Positions 39,014-49,299 of a stretch of 64,000 nucleotides of DNA are shown here, piece after piece; within the stretch, counting starts at the first letter, position 1, and each line of letters starts with the position of its first letter. This stretch comes from Parcubacteria group bacterium (GTDB lineage Bacteria > Patescibacteriota > Minisyncoccia > Moranbacterales > GCA-2747515). The DNA is taken from the NCBI GenBank assembly GCA_041660065.1, contig JBAZXC010000002.1, positions 102,866 to 166,865 on the forward strand. Reading direction: 5' to 3'. Position numbers and translations under genes: made by a program. The notes beneath the pieces were generated by a model. That model did no database searches. It had not been told where the DNA came from and saw only the letters and a list, made by a program, of their open reading frames with translations.

Positions 39014-39451
39014 TTATTGTTCAATGAACCCCTTTGCAATAAGTGCTTGATAAAACTCTTCGGCGCGCATCCGATCATGCAATTGATCCAAAACATAATA
39101 ATCCTCCACCCGTTGTGCCACCTTTACCGCATGTGCCACACCTTTTGTCATTGCCAAATCCATGAGATGCGATATTTGCGACTCACGATCTGCAATTTGA
39201 TGCAATGCGCTTGCATCTTGCGTTATTGTGTCATCATCATGTTGATGCGATTGCGATTGTACTTGTGACAAAATCTGCGTGTACACTGTATCATTTTGCG
39301 CACGCGTTTTTTCCCGTGCATTCTCTTGTACGGGTTCTTGCTCTTCTTGAGCGTGCGATCCTTTTGCATCTTGCACGCCAAAACGGCGCTCCAGACTGAC
39401 AAATTCTGGATTGAGTTTTTCACCACTTGGCGGATTTTGTTGATCTGGCAT
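39014..39451 (-). CDS. hypothetical protein
   Basis: Co-oriented and tightly packed; helical C-terminus KGVAHAVKVA..DYYVLDQLHD. Confidence 0.75.
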   Translation of the reverse strand: MPDQQNPPSGEKLNPEFVSLERRFGVQDAKGSHAQEEQEPVQENAREKTRAQNDTVYTQILSQVQSQSHQHDDDTITQDASALHQIADRESQISHLMDLAMTKGVAHAVKVAQRVEDYYVLDQLHDRMRAEEFYQALIAKGFIEQ

Positions 39452-39474
39452 ATTTCTAACTATTCATGATTGAC

Positions 39475-39798
39475 TTATGTTGTGGCTGTTTCCGTAATGT
39501 GTTTTTTGAGATCGGCAATTGCCTCTGCAATGATACTGTCATAATCCGTGAGTTTCTCGCGCAAAAATGTTTCGATCGCGTTTGGATCGATATTCTCAAT
39601 ATTTTCCATCAAATCTTCAAATTGTTTGCGATCAGAATCGCTCAGCTTGGTATAGGCGTCCACTAAAACACGCTTGATTACCGATTCCGTCATACGTTCA
39701 ATAAGACGTTCTTGTCTATCCGCATCCAAATCGGTAAAACCAAATTCTTGTGCGATCACTTGTTGAATTGTTTGTGGTTGTTGAATATCCTGTGTCAT
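39475..39798 (-). CDS. DUF5663-like small helical protein
   Basis: Acidic helical 107 aa (EFGFTDL..LSDSDRKQFEDL..FLREKLTDYDSII). Family call from recall. Confidence 0.6.
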   Translation of the reverse strand: MTQDIQQPQTIQQVIAQEFGFTDLDADRQERLIERMTESVIKRVLVDAYTKLSDSDRKQFEDLMENIENIDPNAIETFLREKLTDYDSIIAEAIADLKKHITETATT

Positions 39799-39824
39799 AA
39801 TTTTGTTTTAATTAATTGTCTTTA

Positions 39825-42800
39825 TTATAACTTAAACTCTTGTGGAGGAAAAATTGCATCAGTTTTATGCATCGCTTCTGCGCGTGCCGCAATACGCGTA
39901 AAATATGATTGCACCGTAGCATCTTTCCCTGGCGAACCGACTTCATCACCGAATGTTTGTTTTGCTCGTTCAACTATGCCGGCAAGTCGTGTCTGCATAT
40001 TTGGCTCAACACTGCCCTCCGTTAAAAAAAGATCCAATTTTGTCCCGGCAATATTTTTGATCTGCGCCAATGAATCCAATCCAAATGTTTTTTGAATTTT
40101 TGCGCCAACCATAGTATTCATAAATTCCTTTTGATCGAAATCTGGTCGTTCTCGCAAAATGTTCATGATTTCTATGTCATCCATTTTTGCATATGCTTCA
40201 ACACTTTCTGAAACCGCATGCTCGCCACCATCAACCACTTTTTCCTTCAAAATGTCATGCATATCACCACCCTTGCCACTGAGATAACTTTCCATATGCG
40301 TATTCAAATTCCGCATTGCAATTCTTTGCTGAGTATGATCAGAAAATCCACTCAAATCTCTCTTATAGCCGTCCGCCATCTTGCGCGCCGCATCCTCATC
40401 GATACCTCGTCCCATCAATTCTTTGGTAATATCATCCGCCGATGACTCCGGAGTAAATGTAAATGCTGAAGTCATGACACGATCACCTTCTTTAGGAACA
40501 AAATCATCAGCATTTGGCGAACGTCGCACAACATTTTCCTCTGCGTTACCTGTAGCAGTCCCTTCCTTAACCTCAGCTCCTTCATTATGGATTTCGGAAG
40601 TAGGAGCGATTGGTATTTCTTCAGAAGCTACCGGCATCTGCTCGATCGTTTGTCCTTGAAAATCAATCTCATGGGAACGCAACACATCCTCAACGGTTTT
40701 ATTGTAAAAATCAGCATGATTTTCTTTGGCAAGGTTGATCAAGTACTGATCCATTGGCGTCTGCATGCCACCATTTGCATGCATGAGCTCATCAACATAC
40801 TTATCAGCCGAAACTGTGGCAAAAAATTTATATTGATCATTATCCATGCCAAAGATCTTTTGGATATCTTCTTTTGTATTCACATCTTTGACCACTTCTG
40901 CATTTGAAACGTCTTGCTCAACCGCATGCGGTGCTTCCGTTTGAATATTTGCTTCTTCTGGTACAACGTGCGAACTTCCCGCAAGCTCAACATCCGGTTT
41001 GATATCGCCGAGGTTGTGGAGATCAAGTTTAATTTTTGTGCCAGGTTGTATGTGATCAATGTCAACTCCCGGATGTGCCTCTCTATACTCATTTGCCAAC
41101 ACAACCGCACGCGCCCTTGCCCACTCATGCACATTTTCATATTTTGCCGGATCCCATCCCATCTTTCCTTCAGTCAAAATCGTATGATTGTCCCCATTCT
41201 CGAGAAATTCTCGTATTGTTTTGATCACACTGGAACCCGCTTTAACAGTCAAAACCCCGGCAACACCCTCAGGATCAACAACGATTCCCTTGAGATCGTG
41301 CCACGACTCATTTTTCATCAGATCCTCATTTTGTGGAGTGGGCGCCTCACGATTATCGTCTACCGACTGTACATTTTCATTCTGAACTGCGTTTTGTTCT
41401 GCCATTGACGTATCAGCAGGGTCTGCAGGTATATTTGGTTGTTCCCCGAGAGATGTAAAAGTGTCACCAACAGGCGTTTGATCCGGCGCCACACCTTTGA
41501 TAAGATCATCCAGAGAATCTCGATCAACACTTTGCCCGATGGACTCTTGTGCGTTCTGCACGGCATTCTCCGCAATCTGTGCATCGTCTATGCTATGCAA
41601 TACGGATTGCACTTCTTCCGGATTGATATCTTTTAGCTCTTGCGCAAGCAATGGCTTCCCGAGATTATCCAAAAATTCTTTGTCCGGTGCATGAACGACA
41701 GCATCATGTGACGCAATGTCATTTATGCCATGCGTATCACCACCCATCAGCATAAAAACACTCCCGCCGGCAATCGCGCCCGTGATCAATCCCGCCAATC
41801 GTGCATTGCGCGTGATCGCTTCTTTTCTCTTCACATCTCCCACGATGTTCTTGTAATCAAAATCCATCAAGTGGAGAAATTGTTCTTCTTCGGTCATATT
41901 TTCAAATGCTTTCTTTTCTGTTGCCTTTTCTTTCGTCAGACGATTACTTTGCCATTTTTCTACAAGTTTTGTCGTGCCCATGCCTACTGCCACACCCGCC
42001 CCGATCGGTGCCAAAAACTTTCCCAAAGCAGCAACGCCCTTCAATGTCGACATCGTCGTTTCGCCGGCCCCAAACTTCATTGCAACTTTTGGAGCCATCT
42101 GAAGCATTGTGCGGACACTACCAGAGATCACGCCAAGCCCCACCGATCCTATCGCAAGCGCCTTCTGCACAGTCTTATTGCTCGCCCATCGTGCAATTGG
42201 TGAAAGATACTTTCCCATTGCCGATACATTCTCCGCCTTGATCTTTGTGCGTTGCTCTTGCAAGAGAACACTTTCATTCAAACGACCCTCTGCAATATCC
42301 TGTCGCACCGTTTTTTGATCTTCCGGAGAAAGATTTTGATAATTCTCTGTGAGAAATTGATCTAATTTTTTGCACGCAGATTCATATTCATCACGAAATA
42401 TTTGTAATTCTTTTTGTGCTTCTGTATCATCATGTCCCAATGCAAATTTGCGCAGTTTTGCCAGTGATGCATTGACAGAAATATCTTTACGCATGTATAT
42501 TTCACGCTTTTGCGCAATATCCACACGCAATTGTTCAAGCACTTCATTTTTGATTTCTGCTGTTTTGGCACCATGCGCTTCTGCACGCCTATTGACTTCA
42601 CGGTCAAACTTTTCTTCTTCAGTCATATCTGTATCGCGGGATCCTTCTGCTCTTTCACTTGCATTTTTAACTTCGTCACGCCTGTTAACCTCGCGATCAA
42701 ATTTTTCCTCCTCATGCATGTCTGTATCACGAGATGAACTCTCTCTATTTTCCGCATCTTTACGTCTATTGACTTCACGATCAAATTTTTCTTCTTCATT

Positions 42801-43523
42801 CAAATCTGTATCACGCGATGTTCTTTCACCTGCGTTCACACCGGATCCATTCTCTGGCCCCTCTGCTTTACTGCCATCATCACCTTGTGTCGATGCACTA
42901 TTTTCCAGTAATGTCGCTATAGATGCAATTTTTTCAGCTTCTTCAATATCCTGTGTCAAGACTTTTGCATCTTTTTCATATTTTTCCAATTTCTTTTTTT
43001 CTCCATCAAATTTACCCTGCGCAATATCACTTGCGTCAAATTGTTTTTTACTTTCATAATTTTCACCCGCATCGACTATGCCACGCAACCGTGTAATTTC
43101 CTTCTGCAATTCTTGCAATTCTTCTTTTTTGCCACTAATATTTTCTCCTTTGCGCGCGTTGATATATTCGCGCAATGCATCCTGATCGATATCATGAAAC
43201 GTCCCATCGGCATATTTTGCTTTTTCTGCCAAAAGTTTTTCTCTCTTCTTCTGGTATTTTTCCACATCACTTGCTTTTGCGACAATTTCTCCCGCCGAAT
43301 CACTTGTTGCATGCAAAGCACTTTCTCTACCGGAAATTTTTACATCAATAAGGGCAATCTCTTGATCAATCTCCTGAGAAATTTTTTTTTGATCTCGATT
43401 GCCATTTTTTAGAAACTGTGCAACCTTTTCTGCAGACGCCCCATGCAAAACAGATGCAAAATGTTTTTGGTTTTTTACTAATTCATTTGATTCTGCTACT
43501 GGTTTCATTTTTTCAATATTCAT
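39825..43523 (-). CDS. large membrane-associated hypothetical protein (coiled coil, internal repeats, LysM-like segment)
   Basis: 1232-aa ORF with Gly/Ala-rich hydrophobic segments, TVKAGSS..IDHIQPGTKI, and 3x RDTDxxEEEKFDREVNRR. Confidence 0.85.
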   Translation of the reverse strand: MNIEKMKPVAESNELVKNQKHFASVLHGASAEKVAQFLKNGNRDQKKISQEIDQEIALIDVKISGRESALHATSDSAGEIVAKASDVEKYQKKREKLLAEKAKYADGTFHDIDQDALREYINARKGENISGKKEELQELQKEITRLRGIVDAGENYESKKQFDASDIAQGKFDGEKKKLEKYEKDAKVLTQDIEEAEKIASIATLLENSASTQGDDGSKAEGPENGSGVNAGERTSRDTDLNEEEKFDREVNRRKDAENRESSSRDTDMHEEEKFDREVNRRDEVKNASERAEGSRDTDMTEEEKFDREVNRRAEAHGAKTAEIKNEVLEQLRVDIAQKREIYMRKDISVNASLAKLRKFALGHDDTEAQKELQIFRDEYESACKKLDQFLTENYQNLSPEDQKTVRQDIAEGRLNESVLLQEQRTKIKAENVSAMGKYLSPIARWASNKTVQKALAIGSVGLGVISGSVRTMLQMAPKVAMKFGAGETTMSTLKGVAALGKFLAPIGAGVAVGMGTTKLVEKWQSNRLTKEKATEKKAFENMTEEEQFLHLMDFDYKNIVGDVKRKEAITRNARLAGLITGAIAGGSVFMLMGGDTHGINDIASHDAVVHAPDKEFLDNLGKPLLAQELKDINPEEVQSVLHSIDDAQIAENAVQNAQESIGQSVDRDSLDDLIKGVAPDQTPVGDTFTSLGEQPNIPADPADTSMAEQNAVQNENVQSVDDNREAPTPQNEDLMKNESWHDLKGIVVDPEGVAGVLTVKAGSSVIKTIREFLENGDNHTILTEGKMGWDPAKYENVHEWARARAVVLANEYREAHPGVDIDHIQPGTKIKLDLHNLGDIKPDVELAGSSHVVPEEANIQTEAPHAVEQDVSNAEVVKDVNTKEDIQKIFGMDNDQYKFFATVSADKYVDELMHANGGMQTPMDQYLINLAKENHADFYNKTVEDVLRSHEIDFQGQTIEQMPVASEEIPIAPTSEIHNEGAEVKEGTATGNAEENVVRRSPNADDFVPKEGDRVMTSAFTFTPESSADDITKELMGRGIDEDAARKMADGYKRDLSGFSDHTQQRIAMRNLNTHMESYLSGKGGDMHDILKEKVVDGGEHAVSESVEAYAKMDDIEIMNILRERPDFDQKEFMNTMVGAKIQKTFGLDSLAQIKNIAGTKLDLFLTEGSVEPNMQTRLAGIVERAKQTFGDEVGSPGKDATVQSYFTRIAARAEAMHKTDAIFPPQEFKL
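42585..42815 (-). repeat. three intragenic 54-bp repeats encoding RDTDxxEEEKFDREVNRR
   Basis: Copies at 42585-42638, 42678-42731 and 42762-42815 with synonymous differences. Confidence 0.9.
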
Positions 43524-43619
43524 ATTAAATTTTGATTTTCCCTTACGCTTATATTGGTCATTATACTACATTTTATATTGTTCACCTAAAAAACACCCGC
43601 CAATTGCTTTTCACGCTCT

Positions 43620-45686
43620 CTACACTGTTTTTTCTAGTGCATTGTCCTGTAACAAACCCTCTCGCAATGCCACGCGAAAGAGATAATGCGCGACCTTTGT
43701 CTGTGTGTGAGGCGCACCAACGTGTCCGTATGTTTTTTCTGTGTGAGCAATGAGATCACGCAGACGCTTTTGCACTTCATTTTGATCATTTTGCGCCAAA
43801 AAATCGTGCACATTTGCCTGTGAGATCCGTTTAACAAATTGCTGTCGTTCTTGCATCGGTGCATTTTGCAATTCATCCGGTGCAAAAATTTCCATGATCC
43901 GATCAAAAACAATTTTTTTCATCTCCGCACCTTTTTGCGCATCAGACGTGATCTCTTGGATCTTTAGCAATTCTGCTTGCGGCGACATCGTGAGGTTTTC
44001 TTGCGTACCATTATCAAAATTTTTAATTTTTTCTCCTTGATCGCCTACATTGCCATGATCTGTCGCCAAAGATGCTCCTTCTGTCACATCAGTTTCATGC
44101 GCATCATATTCAGAAATTGTCTTGCCTTTTTCTTTTTCATATTGTCCACGTTTTGCGAATGTGATGTTGTCAATATGTACATTGTCAAATCCGCCATCCT
44201 GTGGTGCAAAAGAAAAGTCGATTGTTGTCCCCGGCTGTACATGATCCAAATCAACTTTTTTGCCTCCGCTTTTCTTTTTTAGATCTTTTGCATACTGCTG
44301 TGCGATGCGGTGAGCCATCTGTTCCGGCGTTTTATCAGAACCTTCCAACAGCTCAGGATGTGCATCCAAATGATTGCGCAATGATCCCTCAATACTACTC
44401 TTTGGCTCAACGGTAATAGAGAACGACTGTCCTGATTGATAAGGGTTTTCATTTGCAACGCTACCCTGCGTTTGTGTTTCGATTTTTTCCGGCTGCGCAT
44501 TCTTTGCGTCCTCAACATATTCCTGCACGAGTTTTTGTACATCTCCTTCCTGCATATGCACAGCACCGCCGATGCGATCATCCCTCTGTTCTATGGTCTG
44601 CGTGTCAAAATTGATCTGTTTTTCTTGTTTGTGTCCATCTGCCATGCCGTGAATAATGCCTGCAACTACGAGAGTTGCAAAAAGCACGCGTTTTGTGTAT
44701 CGTGGAAGCTTTATATATTGTGCAGAAAAGTTTTTGACGATTGTAAAAATTTTACCTTTACTTTTTTTTGCTCGTGCATCCGTGATCGCATCATACACCG
44801 CGATGCCTTCATAGGACTCTCCCAACATCATGTCAACTTCTCGCGACCGTCGATCTTCTCCATAGCCTTGCGAAGTAATATATTTACTATGAATCTCATT
44901 GTATGCATGTCTCGCTTTTTGGTATTCAGCATAGAAAATGCCCACGCTACCATCGTTCTTTTTTTGATCTTCACCCTGCAAGGAATTTGCGTTACGCCCA
45001 TCTTTTGCAGGATCAACGTGATCAGTTTGCATAAAAAACTCCTTAACCCTATCCCATGCCGTTTCATATTCAACCTTTTTTTTCGCGTATAGCTCTCTTG
45101 CCTGAACCATTTTCTTTTTCATTTCTTCTACATCAGCCTCTCTGACAATTTCTGGTACCACGATCTCCTGGACAAGAAATGATTTTCCTTTTCCTTTCAC
45201 TATATCATCCAATCGTTCCGCCTGAATTTTTTTAAGAATCACATTGATTTGCGCCTCGTTAATAATGCCGTGTTCTTCCCGCAAGTTTTGTCGCACTTGT
45301 TCAAAAAATTCTGCTCGTGCGCTGACATTTTCAATAGGAATTTCTTTAAAATCACGGATATATTGCGGGACAACTTGCGTCAAAATATGTCCATCGCGAG
45401 ATCTCATGTCCGCATCATACCCCGCAGCAACATTACTACCATCCTCATTTTTTCGATCAAAGTCCAAACGTTGTGCAATAATAGATTCAATTTCTTTTTC
45501 TTCATCTTTTGTAAGATTTTCCCGCACAACAAGACCGGAAACCGCGTCATGAATGACTGTACGTTCTCCCTCTTGATCAACGTGATCCTGTGATTGTATT
45601 TCTTGTTTTATGTGCTCGACGAGACTGGCAACTTTTCTAATAACGTCATCGCTGAGCATTTCTCCATTACCATGATGATCATGCAT
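43620..45686 (-). CDS. large membrane-anchored hypothetical protein, paralog of the 1232-aa protein
   Basis: 688 aa, single TM, TVEPKSS..LDHVQPGTTI, and a shared C-terminal motif. Confidence 0.85.
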   Translation of the reverse strand: MHDHHGNGEMLSDDVIRKVASLVEHIKQEIQSQDHVDQEGERTVIHDAVSGLVVRENLTKDEEKEIESIIAQRLDFDRKNEDGSNVAAGYDADMRSRDGHILTQVVPQYIRDFKEIPIENVSARAEFFEQVRQNLREEHGIINEAQINVILKKIQAERLDDIVKGKGKSFLVQEIVVPEIVREADVEEMKKKMVQARELYAKKKVEYETAWDRVKEFFMQTDHVDPAKDGRNANSLQGEDQKKNDGSVGIFYAEYQKARHAYNEIHSKYITSQGYGEDRRSREVDMMLGESYEGIAVYDAITDARAKKSKGKIFTIVKNFSAQYIKLPRYTKRVLFATLVVAGIIHGMADGHKQEKQINFDTQTIEQRDDRIGGAVHMQEGDVQKLVQEYVEDAKNAQPEKIETQTQGSVANENPYQSGQSFSITVEPKSSIEGSLRNHLDAHPELLEGSDKTPEQMAHRIAQQYAKDLKKKSGGKKVDLDHVQPGTTIDFSFAPQDGGFDNVHIDNITFAKRGQYEKEKGKTISEYDAHETDVTEGASLATDHGNVGDQGEKIKNFDNGTQENLTMSPQAELLKIQEITSDAQKGAEMKKIVFDRIMEIFAPDELQNAPMQERQQFVKRISQANVHDFLAQNDQNEVQKRLRDLIAHTEKTYGHVGAPHTQTKVAHYLFRVALREGLLQDNALEKTV

Positions 45687-45826
45687 ATCCCATCATTTTA
45701 TTCACTGTATTATCATTATTTTTGTTCCTCACCATTATACCACATCATAAAAACACATAACATTCTCCCGACAAAAACTATTCACCTATCATTACAGTTA
45801 CGAGATCTTTCATCATCAAAACATCT

Positions 45827-47458
45827 ATGTCAATTTGTGTTATAATGAAGAATATTATTCACCCCAAAACCATCATGACATATGCTAGCCACAAAAAAAT
45901 ACACTACATCCTTCTTACCTTGATCATTTTGCTCGGATTTTTTGTTCGTATCTACCACATTGATTCCGTGCCAAGTGGCATCTATCCGGATGAAGCAAAT
46001 AACGGCACAAATGCCTTTGATGCCCAGCGGACAAATATTTACCCGTGGTTTTACCCCGACAATAACGGACGCGAGGGATTGTTTATTAATCTCATTGCAA
46101 TTCTTTTTAAATTGTTTGGCGTAAATATTATTACATTCAAACTGCCGGCAATCATCATGGGAACATTGACGGTGATCGGCGTGTATTTTCTCTCGCGTGA
46201 ATTATTTATCTCTCGACCGCGTCTTGCGCTCATTGCCGCCTATTTGACTGCTATAAGCTATTGGGCGGTGAATTTTTCTCGCATTTGCTTCCGCGCCAAC
46301 ATGATGGTGCCGATTCTCGTTTTTCTTTTTTATTTCCTTTTTAAAGCCCTGCGCACGCGCAAGCCCCTCCATTTTGCCATCGCCGGCGCTTTGTGCGGAC
46401 TGGGATTTCACACCTACATTGCCTATCGCATCACTCCGGCGCTTGTTCTTGTCCTTTTTGTATTATTTGCGATCCAACAAGGTTTTTCCCATTTTATCAA
46501 AAGATATTGGAAAGGGCTGTTGCTATTTTTTGTCAGTGCATTCCTCGTATTTGCCCCAATGGGTTATACCTATTACACACATCCGGAATACCTCACATCC
46601 CGCACTGGCGATATATCGGTTTTTGCAGTGAAAGATGCCCCCCTTACACAAACACTTACATACACGATCACTCTTTCTCTTTTAAAATACAACGTAGCGG
46701 GTGACAACAATTGGCGCCATAATTTTCCACCGTACCCGTTATTGGAACCATGCGTTGGATTAATGTTTCTCGGCGGACTCATAACGTCGATTGGGCTCTT
46801 TTTCCTTTACCTCTTTCGCCGCTATCGTTTCAATGTGCGCAATCGTACTTTTGTTGTGCATGGATTTCTCCTTGCGTGGTTTGTCGGATTTCTCGCACCA
46901 GAGTTTCTCACCACGGAAGGATTGCCTCATGCACTGCGATCCATTGGCACAATTCCTGTGGTATTTATCTTTGCAGCATTTTTTATCACCATTCTTCTCG
47001 AACGCTCACAAAAACATTCGCACCTCTTATTCGTAGCCGCATCAGTCATGACAGTTACACTCCTTATTTACTCTGGTTTTTTTGACATGATCAAATATCA
47101 TGTGTTTTGGGCAACAAACGTCAACCAAGCGTACGCATTCAACAAAAATCTCACTGATATGGGAAGATTTGCTCATGATTTGCCCCAAAGTGAGGTGCAA
47201 ATCTACATTGTCGCCGGACACATGGATCTCTTGCCGGTCAAAATGCTCACCACAGACCGCACAGACACGCGTTACGTCTACGAAAACGACCTTGCGCAAA
47301 TCGACACTACGCAGCCATTCATTCTCCTTTTGCCATATGAAAATATCTCTGTTATCGATTATGTTGCAAAACGTAGTGATGTAGTGATAGAAAAAATTCA
47401 AAAACCTCTCAATAGTTCATTTGTAATGGTCACGTCAATTAATAATCAAAAACTATGA
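45827..47458 (+). CDS. GT-C fold glycosyltransferase (GT39/ArnT-PMT-like)
   Basis: PSGIYPDEA luminal DE motif and many TM helices. The start may be 45845 or 45875. Confidence 0.85.
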   Translation: MSICVIMKNIIHPKTIMTYASHKKIHYILLTLIILLGFFVRIYHIDSVPSGIYPDEANNGTNAFDAQRTNIYPWFYPDNNGREGLFINLIAILFKLFGVNIITFKLPAIIMGTLTVIGVYFLSRELFISRPRLALIAAYLTAISYWAVNFSRICFRANMMVPILVFLFYFLFKALRTRKPLHFAIAGALCGLGFHTYIAYRITPALVLVLFVLFAIQQGFSHFIKRYWKGLLLFFVSAFLVFAPMGYTYYTHPEYLTSRTGDISVFAVKDAPLTQTLTYTITLSLLKYNVAGDNNWRHNFPPYPLLEPCVGLMFLGGLITSIGLFFLYLFRRYRFNVRNRTFVVHGFLLAWFVGFLAPEFLTTEGLPHALRSIGTIPVVFIFAAFFITILLERSQKHSHLLFVAASVMTVTLLIYSGFFDMIKYHVFWATNVNQAYAFNKNLTDMGRFAHDLPQSEVQIYIVAGHMDLLPVKMLTTDRTDTRYVYENDLAQIDTTQPFILLLPYENISVIDYVAKRSDVVIEKIQKPLNSSFVMVTSINNQKL

Positions 47459-49257
47459 TCAGAAAAAACTACATCTTCATTATCATTGGAATTATGCTCT
47501 TTATGGGCATCACTTCTTTTCTTCTTGCTTGGAATGATTCGTTGACATTTGACGAGGTTGCGCATATTCCCGCAGGATACAGCTATGTTGTGTTACATGA
47601 TTATCGCCTCAATCCCGAGCATCCACCCCTCGCCAAGATACTCACTGGTCTCATGCTCCTCCCTCTGCATCCACACTTTGATACTACGCAGGACTTCTGG
47701 ACAGAAACTCACGGCACCGGCGAATACGGACAATGGGATGCCGGACGCTATTTATTGCACCATGCAAACAACGACACCGACAAAATTGTTTTTTTTGCAC
47801 GCATGCCCTTTATCGTCCTTGCCCTTGCTTTTGGATTGTTCCTCTTCTATTGGGGCAAGAGAACTGGTGGCATCATCACTGGTCTTTTTGCTCTCATTTT
47901 ATACGCATTTGACCCAAACATCCTCGGACACGATCATCTTGTGACGACAGATCTTGCCATTGCCATTGCCATGAGCATCGCATTTTTTTATTTTTTGCAA
48001 TTTCTCAAAAACCCCACCTGGAAAAATGCTCTGTACGGAGGTATCGCCCTTGGCATTGCACAAATTACAAAATTCAGTGCGATCCTCCTCATCCCATTCT
48101 TTGGACTACTTCTCGTGATTTATCCCTTGCTCATAATCCTCCCCAAAGAACAAAAGCGTCACAAGATATTTGGCTCCTATCTACTCAAAGGGATATTTGC
48201 CATGTTCATAATGCTTGCAGTAATGTATGCAACATATTTACCCGTCACGTATAAGATGCCATCTGATGTCCTCCCCACGATTGCCGCTGTCAAAGGCCAG
48301 CCGAACAAATACCCGCGCGATAAATATCTCATCGCCTTCATTAATAAAACCAATCAAAGCACTCTTACCAGACCAATTGCGACGTACACCCAAGGGATTA
48401 TGCAAGTATTTAATCGCGTCGATGATGGAAATGTTTCGTATTTTATGGGCACCGTATCAAGCAATGCATCTGTGTGGTATTTTCCTTTTGTTTTTATTGC
48501 AAAGCAAACCCTCGCACACTTATTCTTTTACATTGTCGCTCTCATTCTTGGACTGCTCCTCATCGTCCATTCAGTACAACGTGTTTTTACGCAAAAATTC
48601 GCACACTCACTCCACGCCTGCCGTCGTTTTTGTATACGCAGATTTCATGAGATTGCTCTTGGAGCATTTGTTGTTTTTTACGGTTATATTTCCATAACCG
48701 GCAATCTCACCATTGGCTTTCGCCATCTCTTTCCCATAATGCCCCTTCTTTACATCCTCACAGCACGCACACTGATCAATTCATACACCAAACTTCATAA
48801 TCATTTCTGGCAAAAGATCGTACGTGGAATATTTGTCGGCATTATTCTCGTTCTTGCGACACTTACCATTAGCGCTTATCCCTATTATATTTCCTATTTC
48901 AATGAACTTTTTGGCGGACCAAAAAACGGATTCCATTATGTTACGGATTCCAATGCCGATTGGGGACAAGATCTTAAGCGTCTTAAAAAATATCTCGACG
49001 CGCATCCGGAAATCGACAAGATTCGCATTGATTATTTTGGCGGTGACAATGTCACTAATCGCATTGGCGATAAATATATCATGTGGTGGGATAGCAAACG
49101 ACCGATCGAACCGGGCTACTACGCGATTTCCACGCTCCTCTTACAAGAGTCTCTCTATCGTACTGATCGCTCCTATGATGACACCTACCGCTGGACAGAA
49201 AAGCTCACACCATTTGATCACGTTGGCACATCCATTATTCTATACAAAGTTGAATAA
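47455..49257 (+). CDS. GT-C fold glycosyltransferase (GT39/ArnT-PMT-like)
   Basis: SLTFDEVAH, NPEHPPLAK, TKFSA, DSNADWGQDL. ATGA overlap with the upstream gene. Confidence 0.85.
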   Translation: MIRKNYIFIIIGIMLFMGITSFLLAWNDSLTFDEVAHIPAGYSYVVLHDYRLNPEHPPLAKILTGLMLLPLHPHFDTTQDFWTETHGTGEYGQWDAGRYLLHHANNDTDKIVFFARMPFIVLALAFGLFLFYWGKRTGGIITGLFALILYAFDPNILGHDHLVTTDLAIAIAMSIAFFYFLQFLKNPTWKNALYGGIALGIAQITKFSAILLIPFFGLLLVIYPLLIILPKEQKRHKIFGSYLLKGIFAMFIMLAVMYATYLPVTYKMPSDVLPTIAAVKGQPNKYPRDKYLIAFINKTNQSTLTRPIATYTQGIMQVFNRVDDGNVSYFMGTVSSNASVWYFPFVFIAKQTLAHLFFYIVALILGLLLIVHSVQRVFTQKFAHSLHACRRFCIRRFHEIALGAFVVFYGYISITGNLTIGFRHLFPIMPLLYILTARTLINSYTKLHNHFWQKIVRGIFVGIILVLATLTISAYPYYISYFNELFGGPKNGFHYVTDSNADWGQDLKRLKKYLDAHPEIDKIRIDYFGGDNVTNRIGDKYIMWWDSKRPIEPGYYAISTLLLQESLYRTDRSYDDTYRWTEKLTPFDHVGTSIILYKVE

Positions 49258-49299
49258 AATCATTCACGAATTTGTTTGATATTTTTTCCAAAAAACTTT

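Noticed and set aside
42585-42815. CRISPR-like repeat-spacer pattern
   Set aside because: The repeats are in-frame coding sequence with synonymous variation.
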